From the NCBI GenBank assembly GCA_038861545.1, contig JAWCCZ010000005.1, positions 64,103 through 128,102 on the forward strand: a stretch of 64,000 bases of DNA, read 5' to 3'. The position numbers were made by a program, and so were the translations under genes. The DNA is from Thermofilaceae archaeon. GTDB taxonomy: Archaea > Thermoproteota > Thermoprotei > Thermofilales > Thermofilaceae. Below the pieces are notes generated by a model. It did not search any database, had not been told where the DNA came from, and saw only the letters and a list, made by a program, of their open reading frames with translations. Shown piece by piece: positions 20,745 through 29,983 of this stretch (the first letter of the stretch is position 1; every line of letters starts with the position of its first letter).

Positions 20745-20795
20745 TTTCAGCAATCGAAAGCAACATCACCGATCAGTTGTGAGCTGCTTCATCCT
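20745..20795 (-). ncRNA. Candidate C/D-box-like sRNA
   Basis: Minus strand reads ggATGAAGC-agctcacaa-CTGA-tcg-GTGATGT-tgctttcgattg-CTGA; TATA-like CTTTAATA about 27 nt upstream. Confidence 0.5.
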
Positions 20796-20827
20796 TTAAG
20801 AATTTTTAAGTAGATGGTAGTATTAAA

Positions 20828-21727
20828 GTGCTAGCCTTGAAGGAGGCGCTTGAAGCATTTAAACAATTAAGTGCTGAGGAGTTCAGAGTATTGAGTGCAG
20901 TTGAACGATGTATGGCTAAATATATGTATGTTCCGATAAAGGAAATTTCTAAATTAACCGGTTATGATGAAAACTATACATCCATTTTAGTTAGAAAATT
21001 GAACTTAATGGGTTTACTTCAGAGATATTCTGGTAACTATGTAGGTTATATTTTAACTTCTAGAGGATACGACTGTTTGGCACTTAATACTTTGATGAAA
21101 AGAGGAGTTTTAGAGGGCATTGGCACCTCACCCTTAGGTAGAGGTAAAGAGTCTGATGTTTATCCAGGTAAAACCATGGGAAATAAGTTCGTGGCAGTGA
21201 AATTTCACCGGATTGGTCGCACATCTTTTAGACAAACTAGGAAAGTGCGCTCTTATATAGGTAAAAGACATCATATATCTTGGCTGTATCAGTCCAGGTT
21301 AGCAGCCAAGAGTGAGTACAGGGCTCTACAAATACTTCATCCATTTGGAGTCTCTGTTCCAAAACCTATTGATTGGAACAGACATGTAGTAATTTATGAG
21401 TACTTGGAGGGGGTCGAGCTTTTTAGAACGCCTAAGTTAATTGATGTAGAACTATTTAAAGATCTTTTACTTAAGGAAATACTCAAAGCTTATGAAAAAG
21501 GTATCATACACTGTGATTTAAGCGAGTATAATGTTATGGTTGTAGGGGAAAAACCCGTCCTTTTCGATTGGCCTCAATGGGTTTCAAGCTCACATCCCAT
21601 GGCGATGCATTACCTAAAACGCGACATATATAACATACTAACGTTTTTTAAAAGGAAATATGACCTTAGCTGCGACTGGGATGAAGCAATTAATAAACTA
21701 TTAAGTGGGGGGAGAAGAGTTGCTTAG
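20828..21727 (+). CDS. rio2: RIO2-family serine/threonine kinase
   Basis: N-terminal wHTH (GYILTSRGYDCLAL), GRGKESDVY, KFHRIGRTSF, IHCDLSEYN, FDWPQW. Confidence 0.95.
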   Translation: MLALKEALEAFKQLSAEEFRVLSAVERCMAKYMYVPIKEISKLTGYDENYTSILVRKLNLMGLLQRYSGNYVGYILTSRGYDCLALNTLMKRGVLEGIGTSPLGRGKESDVYPGKTMGNKFVAVKFHRIGRTSFRQTRKVRSYIGKRHHISWLYQSRLAAKSEYRALQILHPFGVSVPKPIDWNRHVVIYEYLEGVELFRTPKLIDVELFKDLLLKEILKAYEKGIIHCDLSEYNVMVVGEKPVLFDWPQWVSSSHPMAMHYLKRDIYNILTFFKRKYDLSCDWDEAINKLLSGGRRVA

Positions 21728-23732
21728 GAAAATCATTGGAATTGATTTGCTTCCTGGAGAATCGCCGATTTCAACTAAAAACCCGCGTTTCTCCTATGCT
21801 CTTTTAGTAGATGGAACTATCAAGGAGAAAGGGGAGGCCAATTTACATTATGTACTTGATCTAGCGGATAAGGTGCGGGTAGACGCTATAGCTGTTGATA
21901 ACGTATATGAGATAGCGCCAACAATCGAAGAACTTCAAATACTCTTTAACGCTCTAAATTACACGCCCAAGCTCGTTCAGGTAACTATCATAGGTGATAA
22001 AACATATCCTTTGAACTTATTAGCGGCATCTCTTGGATTAAGTAATGAAAAACTTAGCTCAGAGCAAGCCGCTGAAATTGCCGCTATGCTGTGTCATATG
22101 GGAGTAGGTTCAGAGCTCGTGCTTTTCGAACGGGATGAGACTAAAATTATCATAGCTAAAGGTAGGCATCCATCTCAAGGTGGAATGAGCTTGGAACGGT
22201 ATAAAAGAGGTGTGGAGAGACTTCTGTTACAAAAAACTAGGGAGATCAGAGAGATACTGGATAAGAGAGGGATGGACTATGATGTCTTCATAGCTAAAAC
22301 TCGCTTCGGTGTAGAGCGAGCTGTGTTCATAGTATACTCTTCAAGAGATAGTTTATTCGGTATCGTAAAACCCACGCGTGATCACGACTTACAATTGAAA
22401 ATAGAATTAGTTTGTAAGAAAAACCCTGTTTTCGTGCCTTTAACTAAACAGCCCTCCAGGGTACGTAAAAATCTAGATTATCTTATCGTTGGAGTAGATC
22501 CGGGAATTACAACTGGAATAGCTGTATTGACTTTAAGAGGAGAACTAAAGTTGCTTACATCCGGGCGGGAACTAAGTAGAGGGCATGTAACCAGGTTGCT
22601 GATGGCCTATGGCAATCCAGTTATACTAGCCACTGATGTTGTTCCGGCACCCGTGTATGTCAGAAAGTTAGGATCTATGCTGAATGCAGTGCTAATAACA
22701 CCTAGTATTAATCTCACAGCGGAAGAAAAGCGTAGACTGGTTAATGAATACTCTGAAACCAAAAATGTAAACGTTCTAGTTGAAAATTCTCACCAACGAG
22801 ATGCACTGGCTGCTGCAATATATGCATTTAGAAAATTATCTCCAAAATTAAACGAGGCAAGAGACAAGGTAAGAAAGTTAGGACTAGATATACCGGAGGA
22901 GGAGGTGGAAGTCCTCGTTGCAAAAGGTTTAACTATTTGGGATGCTATTAGAAATATAACACGTAAGTATTACATGCCCGAAGTTGAGATAGAAGTTCCA
23001 GAGAAGATTTCATCCCATCCAAATAATAAAGTTATACAAACACTTTACGATAAAATTTATTCAATGAATAGAAGAATAAAAGAACTTGAAAATGAAAAAA
23101 ATGAACTTATATATAAACTCAAGGTTTTAGAGGAACAATATCAAAAGATATTAAATTTTCAGAATTTTGTATTAAAGAGAGATAAAATGATAGAAATATT
23201 AAACAATAGATTAAATAACTTAATGTTAGATCTATCTAAGCTTAACCATGAATTGAATAGGAAGAAAGAGGAAGTGGGTTGTTTGAAAAGTATACTCGAA
23301 CAAACAGCCCTAGGTGAATTAATATTAGTGCCGCGAGTTAACGATGCAAAGAAGTTACTGGAAACCCCATTTCCCACTGGTATAGCGGTTATAGAGACTA
23401 TAAAGCCGAGTGATGATAAACTTATCGCAACCTCTGTAAATAAGCAGAAGCTAAAAGCATTGATATGCGAGAGTGGTTATAACGACTACTACGCAAAACT
23501 ATTGGCCCGATACGATGCTGTTCTGTTAAGCGAAAAAGATGTAAAAGCTTTATATAAACTTGGTAATGTAAATGTTTACAACGCATGTGAACTTGAAGAA
23601 ATTGTCATCACTAAGTTAAGGGAGAGTAGTGAAGAGGTATCTAAAATGCTTAAGGATTCCATTAAAACATTGTTGGAAAACTACAAAAGCGAGCGCGCCA
23701 GATTTATAAAATCTAAACAAGAAAGCCCATGA
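21705..23732 (+). CDS. DUF460 domain protein (RNase H-like domain plus coiled coil)
   Basis: IAVDNVYE, QGGMSLERYKR, IVGVDPGITTG, ILATDV, HQRDALAAA, long coiled coil. Confidence 0.9.
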   Translation: MGGEELLRKIIGIDLLPGESPISTKNPRFSYALLVDGTIKEKGEANLHYVLDLADKVRVDAIAVDNVYEIAPTIEELQILFNALNYTPKLVQVTIIGDKTYPLNLLAASLGLSNEKLSSEQAAEIAAMLCHMGVGSELVLFERDETKIIIAKGRHPSQGGMSLERYKRGVERLLLQKTREIREILDKRGMDYDVFIAKTRFGVERAVFIVYSSRDSLFGIVKPTRDHDLQLKIELVCKKNPVFVPLTKQPSRVRKNLDYLIVGVDPGITTGIAVLTLRGELKLLTSGRELSRGHVTRLLMAYGNPVILATDVVPAPVYVRKLGSMLNAVLITPSINLTAEEKRRLVNEYSETKNVNVLVENSHQRDALAAAIYAFRKLSPKLNEARDKVRKLGLDIPEEEVEVLVAKGLTIWDAIRNITRKYYMPEVEIEVPEKISSHPNNKVIQTLYDKIYSMNRRIKELENEKNELIYKLKVLEEQYQKILNFQNFVLKRDKMIEILNNRLNNLMLDLSKLNHELNRKKEEVGCLKSILEQTALGELILVPRVNDAKKLLETPFPTGIAVIETIKPSDDKLIATSVNKQKLKALICESGYNDYYAKLLARYDAVLLSEKDVKALYKLGNVNVYNACELEEIVITKLRESSEEVSKMLKDSIKTLLENYKSERARFIKSKQESP

Positions 23733-23743
23733 ACATTTATAGT

Positions 23744-24973
23744 TTAAAATAGGTGGATTCTCCCCTCTATAAACTCGTTTTGAAGCTTTGTGACGTTTTC
23801 CAGGTATTCGTTTAATATAGGTTCAACATATTTTACCGCAATATTATATACCTCTTCTTTAGCTACCAGCCCAACATGCGCTACCAGTGGGTCATTGATA
23901 GGTCTCCCTATTTGACTGATCAACTCTACATAAGCTTCCTCCACCTCTGTTTCTTGTGCTATTTTCTCTGCGATCATTCTAGCTAATACATTGTAAATTT
24001 TTCCGACATGATTTACAGGATTCTTGCCAGCAGTTGCTTCCATAGACATGGGCCTCATAGGAGTTATTAAACCATTAGCCCTGTTTCCTCGTCCAGTAGC
24101 GCCATCGTCTCCATGTTCAGCGGATGTGCCTGTTACTACAAGGTAAATACCGCTTTCGTCTTTTGCATCGGGATCGTCTCCTGTATTTACGTAAACGTTA
24201 ACATCCTTATCTATTATTCTGGCAGATAAGTTTTCCACTCTTTTCTTTACCTCTTCTTTAGCATAGAAGTAATCGTCCTTACTCTTAATGTGTCGAGATA
24301 CCATACCAACAGCTATAGTTAATTCTATGGTTGACTCTTTCCTAATACCCATTACTTTAACATCCTCACCCACCATCGGCAACTCCCTCTTTAAATCAAA
24401 AGAATTCAGATAACGTTCTACTTCTAGAACCAATTTTTCTGTTTCAGATAATGGTGCAAACCCTACTCCAAGCGACGTATCATTCGCACCAGGGATTTTC
24501 TTCCTCCTTTCAAATATAGAAACTAGATCTGCAGATCCTTTACCTATCTTGTAATCAATAATTGTATGAATGTTGGGGTCTAGGTACCTGATGTTGCCTT
24601 TAATCCAAGACCTAACAGCTTCTAAGACTAGGGGACCTATCGGTACACTTTCAACACCTCCGAGATCTGTTTTTACTTCTGTGGTTGCCCTGCCTGCAAC
24701 TAATACATATATTGGCGCAAGTACTTCGCCGCCGCCAAATTTAGGTTTAGATTGTCCTCCTACGATAAGTACCTTGTCCATGTTGTGGTGAAGTACGCTT
24801 CCGAACCTCCGAATATACTCTTTGCATAAAGCTACACTTACAGCTTCTGCAACTGCATCGGCCATATAGTCTGGATGACCTAACCCCTTTCGTTCCACAA
24901 TCTCCACGCTTCGAGCAAATACGGGCTGCACGTTTAATCTCTCCACCCGGATTCCATTTCGATTCATCGCCAT
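23744..24973 (-). CDS. mat: Archaeal methionine adenosyltransferase
   Basis: [51 protein letters not shown]. Confidence 0.97.
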   Translation of the reverse strand: MAMNRNGIRVERLNVQPVFARSVEIVERKGLGHPDYMADAVAEAVSVALCKEYIRRFGSVLHHNMDKVLIVGGQSKPKFGGGEVLAPIYVLVAGRATTEVKTDLGGVESVPIGPLVLEAVRSWIKGNIRYLDPNIHTIIDYKIGKGSADLVSIFERRKKIPGANDTSLGVGFAPLSETEKLVLEVERYLNSFDLKRELPMVGEDVKVMGIRKESTIELTIAVGMVSRHIKSKDDYFYAKEEVKKRVENLSARIIDKDVNVYVNTGDDPDAKDESGIYLVVTGTSAEHGDDGATGRGNRANGLITPMRPMSMEATAGKNPVNHVGKIYNVLARMIAEKIAQETEVEEAYVELISQIGRPINDPLVAHVGLVAKEEVYNIAVKYVEPILNEYLENVTKLQNEFIEGRIHLF

Positions 24974-25030
24974 AGCGGCGAAGTGATCTGTTATTAGTGT
25001 ATCCCTTTTATTACTGAGATTCATGAAGTC

Positions 25031-25324
25031 CTATAATGTTACTCTATTACCTACTACAGCGACATACATTATATTACTACCGCGTATGAAAACTTTACCG
25101 TACTTTACTATCGGATTACCATTTTCCTCAACTTGGGCTGCACCATCTAGTATCAAGTTCATCGATGCATCAACGTTTTCGACAACTCCCCTGTACTCGC
25201 TATTGTCTTTCAGTTTAACTAGGACTTCAATACCTAATTCCCTCAGTCTGATAAGTAACTCCAATGGTTTATCGATAACCGAAACCTCCATGCCATATCG
25301 CCTGTTGTACTCGGCTCTCTTCAT
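25031..25324 (-). CDS. Sm-like archaeal protein (SmAP2 type)
   Basis: VLVKLKD..YRG....DASMNLIL and IRGSNI; directly upstream of mat. Confidence 0.92.
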   Translation of the reverse strand: MKRAEYNRRYGMEVSVIDKPLELLIRLRELGIEVLVKLKDNSEYRGVVENVDASMNLILDGAAQVEENGNPIVKYGKVFIRGSNIMYVAVVGNRVTL

Positions 25325-25410
25325 CTGCTCTTAAAATCTTCGCTCAGAGTGTTTTAATTATACACAGACATATCATATAAATAAAAGGCCTTACTATTGA
25401 ATTCTAGTCC

Positions 25411-25614
25411 ATGAAATGTAATATATGTGGCAAAGAGATTGCTGTTGCTAAGATTGAGGGAAAGTATTATTGTTATAGTTGTGGTAGTCAATTATTAAAA
25501 GAACACGTGTTGCGTTTATTGAAAGAACTGGAGAGAAAAGGTCTAGCCATTTCAGCCGAACAAAGCGCAGAAAACTATGAGCCAGGTAATTTTGCTTATT
25601 CTAAGCGGGAATAG
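25411..25614 (+). CDS. Small Zn-finger hypothetical protein
   Basis: MKCNICGK...YYCYSCG; TATAAATA about 30 nt upstream. Confidence 0.75.
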   Translation: MKCNICGKEIAVAKIEGKYYCYSCGSQLLKEHVLRLLKELERKGLAISAEQSAENYEPGNFAYSKRE

Positions 25615-25658
25615 AAAACATTCTTAGTAATAACTTTTTCCCGTAATAACGAATAACT

Positions 25659-26117
25659 TTAATGACCCCCTTTGTGTCTTACAACTTCATGCCGCTTCCT
25701 TAGAATTCTTTCCCTCTGTTTTTTAGCCCACTTGCGATTATGTGTATAGCGATGCTTATCACTTAAAAGACCCCGTGTTTTTCGCCCTGCCATTGTTTTA
25801 CCTTTGAAGACCCTACCTTTATCCGGTTTAGCTAAAAGTACTTTAGGTAACGTTGGCTGGGATAAGTTAGCTTCCCCGAGTTTAACGGCTTTCAACCATT
25901 CTCGTAATTTCTTCACGTTTTCCTCATACATGCTTTTTCGTCTTTCATCAACATAAATTCCCATTAATCTAGCTTCGTTGACCGTTAACCCTGCTGCTTT
26001 AATCTCACTAATAGAATACCCCCGACCTGCTTTGGAAAACTTGGGCGGCAAGCCGCCGAATCGTTTTAACGAAGGTACTTTAACTATTGGAGGAGGAGGA
26101 CCTGTCATTGCTACCAC
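25659..26117 (-). CDS. rpl13e: 50S ribosomal protein eL13 (with basic C-terminal extension)
   Basis: GRGYSISEIKAAGL, GIYVDERRKS..EENV. Confidence 0.93.
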   Translation of the reverse strand: MVAMTGPPPPIVKVPSLKRFGGLPPKFSKAGRGYSISEIKAAGLTVNEARLMGIYVDERRKSMYEENVKKLREWLKAVKLGEANLSQPTLPKVLLAKPDKGRVFKGKTMAGRKTRGLLSDKHRYTHNRKWAKKQRERILRKRHEVVRHKGGH

Positions 26118-26514
26118 TCCGAGCCCTGCTCGAATACCCTCTTTTTAAACTTTCTCTTCCCTCGCCTACTTCAAAGTCGCCTATTAGCCTTGAAGCACGC
26201 AGAACCATCACTCCACCAATGATTAGTGCTGTAAAAAGCCCGAGGACGCCCGTTACTCTTAGTATTTGCTGAGCATTCTTAAGTGAATAGTCAGAAACCA
26301 TACTTCGAGCCATAAGCAGTAGTAGAAGGGAAGCTAAGCAAATTAGTTCATATATAACTAGCCAAAACATTATTAGATTCACGTAATTCACGTGAGCATA
26401 TGCTAAAATAGTTAAAAGCATAGCTGGTATAAGTGTTCCCAGTGCATATAGTACAGTTGCCCGGCCGAGAAGGGCTCGTGTCTCTCTAAAGATTCTCATT
26501 CCGCGAATCATCAA
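26080..26514 (-). CDS. Hypothetical membrane protein (about 3 TM)
   Basis: Three hydrophobic segments; co-oriented with neighbours. Confidence 0.65.
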   Translation of the reverse strand: MMIRGMRIFRETRALLGRATVLYALGTLIPAMLLTILAYAHVNYVNLIMFWLVIYELICLASLLLLLMARSMVSDYSLKNAQQILRVTGVLGLFTALIIGGVMVLRASRLIGDFEVGEGRESLKRGYSSRARSGSNDRSSSSNS

Positions 26515-26578
26515 AGCTGTAAAATGGTCCTTTGGATAAACTTTTCTTTTTAGCTGAAGTTTCGATAAAACTTAATAA

Positions 26579-28225
26579 TTAATAACGCATGAGCTTAAGT
26601 ATCAATAGAGAAACCCCATAAAAACTTAAAGCATTGTTCATAACTTGTTTATAACGTAAAGTAAATTTAACTATTCCTATATAATGTATAAATGCTATCA
26701 AAAATATCAAACCGAAAAGTACTCCTACAAAAACATTCGATGAATTTAAGCAGAAGTAACTCCCGTTACTCCATATGCTTGAATAAACGACCAGTAAGCC
26801 TGTGGAATCAAACACTAATGTAGCCCAGCTTAATTTAGAATTTGCTTGCCTATAGTAGTTTAAAATAAAAGTAAAAACAGATACGAGACACGTTGTTACA
26901 ATGAAGGTAGTAACGTCAAAATTGCTTGCTATCAAGTTTAATTTCGGAGATTGTCTATAAACCAAGCCCGTCATCCATTCTTTCTGAATGTAGATTAATG
27001 GGTCTTCATATTCGTATCTCATAGCCGCTCTTGCTAACATCAACCCAGTTGGAGCTAAAATGCAAATAATTGCAAAAATAATGCTGTTCATGTAACTCTT
27101 AGATAACTTATGATTCCACATACTCATCACAGCAAGCAGCAAATGTATTGAAGGACTCAGGAAAATCATGACCACCGGGATAAATTCCTGCATTCCTACG
27201 AGACTCGAGAGAAACAATAGGGCCATGCTCATTATACTGGGAGTAAACGAGTCGGGTACACTAGTTGGAAGATAAAAACCACCTTCTAATCTTATGGTTA
27301 TTAAGTCTGATAAAATAATTATTAAAATCATAAATAAAGTTATAAATACAACGTAGGTTGGGGATATGAGAAATGTGAATCCTAATATCATGATTAGTAC
27401 TCCTATGGCTGAGGCTGCAATGCTAACAATTATCCGAGAAAAGCTTCTTGCGGCACCCCACATGTGTAGAAGGACCGCTGCAACAAGTGTGGAAACAAGA
27501 ACCCCCGCTTGGATCCCCAGGTAAATGCCGTGAATTATTTTCGCGTTTATAGCATTTACTGTCTGGAAAACGATAGTAGTAAAAAATAGATGAACCCCTA
27601 CTGTAATAACAGTAGCTAAAGTTGAGGAGGCTAACATTAATATAGTGAACCCCGTATAATAAGAGTAGAAATCCATCTGATCCAGTGAGAAAAATACATC
27701 AAGTACAGCAAATAGAAAACCCACTATAATACCAGTTAGAATTAGAGCAGAAAGTTCATTTTGAGAATAGCGTTTAGTGGCGTGTTCCATAGTTGTGGGT
27801 AAGGCCTCAACGCCTTCCCATAGAGACGAGAGTGTTCTTATAACGCTGTCATGAATTAAGAAAAACCCCACAAGCATAGCATACGTAATTAACAACAAAC
27901 TCAACATGGATTCTGAAAACAGGCTACTGGGTACTTCTAGGCCCCCTAAAAGTGGGGATGCCCGACTCAGGGCTTCTCTATTAGTTAATACTAAGTATAG
28001 AAGCGAGAAACCCATTCGCAAGTTAATAACTGTTAGCGAGGAAGCAAGACTCAAGGCTAAAGGCGGGGCCCATTCACTCTGAGGAAAACGTAACAGTAAT
28101 GTTCCAAGGGCTAGCGCGGAAATAATAAAAACTTGCAATGGAGCGCCTATTACAGATTCCAGTATCAATAGGCCTACCCCGCTGCCGAGTAGTATGCAAG
28201 CTGTTGCGATCAATATAGACTTCAT
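26579..28225 (-). CDS. Polytopic membrane protein, possible divergent transporter
   Basis: 548-aa ORF with more than 12 hydrophobic segments; ATGA overlap with upstream gene. Confidence 0.75.
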   Translation of the reverse strand: MKSILIATACILLGSGVGLLILESVIGAPLQVFIISALALGTLLLRFPQSEWAPPLALSLASSLTVINLRMGFSLLYLVLTNREALSRASPLLGGLEVPSSLFSESMLSLLLITYAMLVGFFLIHDSVIRTLSSLWEGVEALPTTMEHATKRYSQNELSALILTGIIVGFLFAVLDVFFSLDQMDFYSYYTGFTILMLASSTLATVITVGVHLFFTTIVFQTVNAINAKIIHGIYLGIQAGVLVSTLVAAVLLHMWGAARSFSRIIVSIAASAIGVLIMILGFTFLISPTYVVFITLFMILIIILSDLITIRLEGGFYLPTSVPDSFTPSIMSMALLFLSSLVGMQEFIPVVMIFLSPSIHLLLAVMSMWNHKLSKSYMNSIIFAIICILAPTGLMLARAAMRYEYEDPLIYIQKEWMTGLVYRQSPKLNLIASNFDVTTFIVTTCLVSVFTFILNYYRQANSKLSWATLVFDSTGLLVVYSSIWSNGSYFCLNSSNVFVGVLFGLIFLIAFIHYIGIVKFTLRYKQVMNNALSFYGVSLLILKLMRY

Positions 28226-28467
28226 TTCGTTACGCCTAGAATATTTTTCTCGTCATCACCAACCTGAGAAAGAAATTTCGAACCAGAGGCGTTAGCTAAA
28301 ATTCGGGCTAGCACTGGGCAACCATTGCCTCTTCTAGCACAATAATCTTTTAATGAATGATGCCTTAATCGCCATTCCTCGGGTGGCATGAACACGCATC
28401 TTGTCCCATTTCCAGTATACTTGTAGTACATGCATTCCCTTTCTTCGTCCATCAACCCGGTAAACAT
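28222..28467 (-). CDS. Small Cys-rich hypothetical protein
   Basis: CMYY-x-C...YC-x6-CP four-Cys pattern; between HIT and the membrane gene. Confidence 0.7.
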   Translation of the reverse strand: MFTGLMDEERECMYYKYTGNGTRCVFMPPEEWRLRHHSLKDYCARRGNGCPVLARILANASGSKFLSQVGDDEKNILGVTK

Positions 28468-28496
28468 ACATGGGAGATAAGTGTTTAGCGTATAGA

Positions 28497-29003
28497 TTAC
28501 GCTTGAAAGGCTTCAAAAATATGTGAATGCTCCTTTAACCTCCTGAAAGTATCATTTAGAGATTCAGGTATAACCTTTGTGTCAGCAATCACCGGCATAA
28601 AGTTCGTATCTCCAATCCATCTTGGAACTATATGTATGTGCAGGTGACTTTCAAGCCCCGCGCCAGCCGCCCTACCAAGGTTAACGCCCAAGTTTAAACC
28701 GTCAGGAGTTAACGCGCGTTTAACTAACTCAACAGATAGTTTTATAGATTCAGCTAAATTGTAAAGTTCATCCCTAGTTAACTCTAAAAATTCCGCTACG
28801 TGCCTTCGGGGTGCGAGAAGCAAGTGACCGGTATTGTAAGGGAACTTATTCATTAGTAGGATTACATAACAATCTCTGTGAATTACCAAATGTTCCTCTA
28901 AATTATCTGATTCGGCGGCTTTGCATATAAAGCACTCTTGCTCTTTTTCCACTTTTGTGTACTCTATGTATTTCATTCTCCATGGCGCCCATAGAAATTT
29001 CAC
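28497..29003 (-). CDS. HIT family nucleotide hydrolase (Fhit/Ap4A type)
   Basis: LWAPWRMKYI, CFIC, NKFPYNTGH, HLHIHIVPRW.GDTNF. Confidence 0.95.
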   Translation of the reverse strand: MKFLWAPWRMKYIEYTKVEKEQECFICKAAESDNLEEHLVIHRDCYVILLMNKFPYNTGHLLLAPRRHVAEFLELTRDELYNLAESIKLSVELVKRALTPDGLNLGVNLGRAAGAGLESHLHIHIVPRWIGDTNFMPVIADTKVIPESLNDTFRRLKEHSHIFEAFQA

Positions 29004-29070
29004 TTCATCACCTAATCATTGGGGAAAAAGTTTATACTAAAACATTTTGCCTAATATAAATATATAACTC

Positions 29071-29116
29071 ATAAAATTAATTATAACTTATAATTATAAG
29101 TTATAATTAATTTTAT
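29071..29116. repeat. Perfect 46-bp AT-rich palindrome
   Basis: ATAAAATTAATTATAACTTATAA|TTATAAGTTATAATTAATTTTAT equals its own reverse complement. Confidence 0.97.
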
Positions 29117-29150
29117 ACTTTTCAACCTCTTGAGTTTTCACTTATAGAGG

Positions 29151-29245
29151 GGTAGCTCTGGATGCACTGGTTACCGCAATAACTGAGCATCTAGTTCAAA
29201 TACAGGTAATAATGAAAATCCTGCTGTCAAAACAGTAGAGCTACT
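29151..29245 (+). ncRNA. Candidate structured RNA (four-way junction)
   Basis: Nested complementary segments: GGTAGCTCTG/TAGAGCTACT, GATGC/GCATC plus TGGTTA/TAACTG, CAGG/CCTG, CTGT/ACAG; the non-Watson-Crick pairs are G-U on the + strand. Confidence 0.4.
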
Positions 29246-29378
29246 GGACTTACACATATTAACGGTATGTGAATTCAAGCTTATGGCTATGTAATAAATG
29301 ATGCACTTGGTACTTTTATTCATAAAGCGTTGCTGCGAGGTAAAAACTTTAAAGCATGAATCCGAAGGCTCACAAGTT

Positions 29379-29978
29379 ATGTCACAAAAAACTGCTAGAC
29401 AAGTTCGGAGTAAATGGGAAACAAAAAAGTGGTTTACAGTCATAGCTCCCAGTACTTTTGGTTACGCTGAGCTTGGCCTTATACCGGCTAGCGAGGAAAA
29501 AAACATTATCGGAAGAACTATGGAAATAAGCTTTTACGATATAACGAAAGATATATCACAGCTTCCCATTAAACTTAGATTCAAAATAGTAAAAGTTAGC
29601 GAAGATGATAAAGCTTATACACAACTAAAACAAATAGAGATAACTAGAGATTACATTAGAAGCTTAGTGAGACGGGGAACTTCGAGAATAGATACGATAA
29701 AAGATATCGAAACTAAAGATGGAGCCAAGCTTAGGATAATGTGTATGATAATAACTCAAAGTAGGATTAAAGCTTCTCAGAAAAAAGCATTAAGGAAGAT
29801 AATATTAAACCTATTAGATGAAAAAATTTCTGAAATGACATTTGATGAATTAATTCAAGAAATAGTTCTTGGTAAATTGACAATCGAATTAGAAATAATT
29901 GCTAAGAAAATATACCCTATTAAAAAGGCTGAAGTTCGAAAGGTTAAAATATTATCTCAACCTATTAACTCAAATTAG
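29379..29978 (+). CDS. rps3ae: 30S ribosomal protein eS1 (S3Ae)
   Basis: KWETKKWFTVIAP, IGRTMEIS.YDIT, RDYIRSLVRRGTS, KKIYPIKKAEVRK; start at MSQK. Confidence 0.96.
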   Translation: MSQKTARQVRSKWETKKWFTVIAPSTFGYAELGLIPASEEKNIIGRTMEISFYDITKDISQLPIKLRFKIVKVSEDDKAYTQLKQIEITRDYIRSLVRRGTSRIDTIKDIETKDGAKLRIMCMIITQSRIKASQKKALRKIILNLLDEKISEMTFDELIQEIVLGKLTIELEIIAKKIYPIKKAEVRKVKILSQPINSN

Positions 29979-29983
29979 TGTTG

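Noticed and set aside
29071-29116. Replication origin or Xer dif assignment for the palindrome
   Set aside because: No ORB-like G-string boxes or adjacent orc1/cdc6/whiP; spacer does not fit 11-6-11 dif geometry; left unassigned
29171-29443. 90-aa minus-strand ORF and the 27-aa N-terminal extension of eS1
   Set aside because: No motifs; overlaps rps3ae and its TATA-like TTTAAA at 29348-29353, which supports the 29379 start
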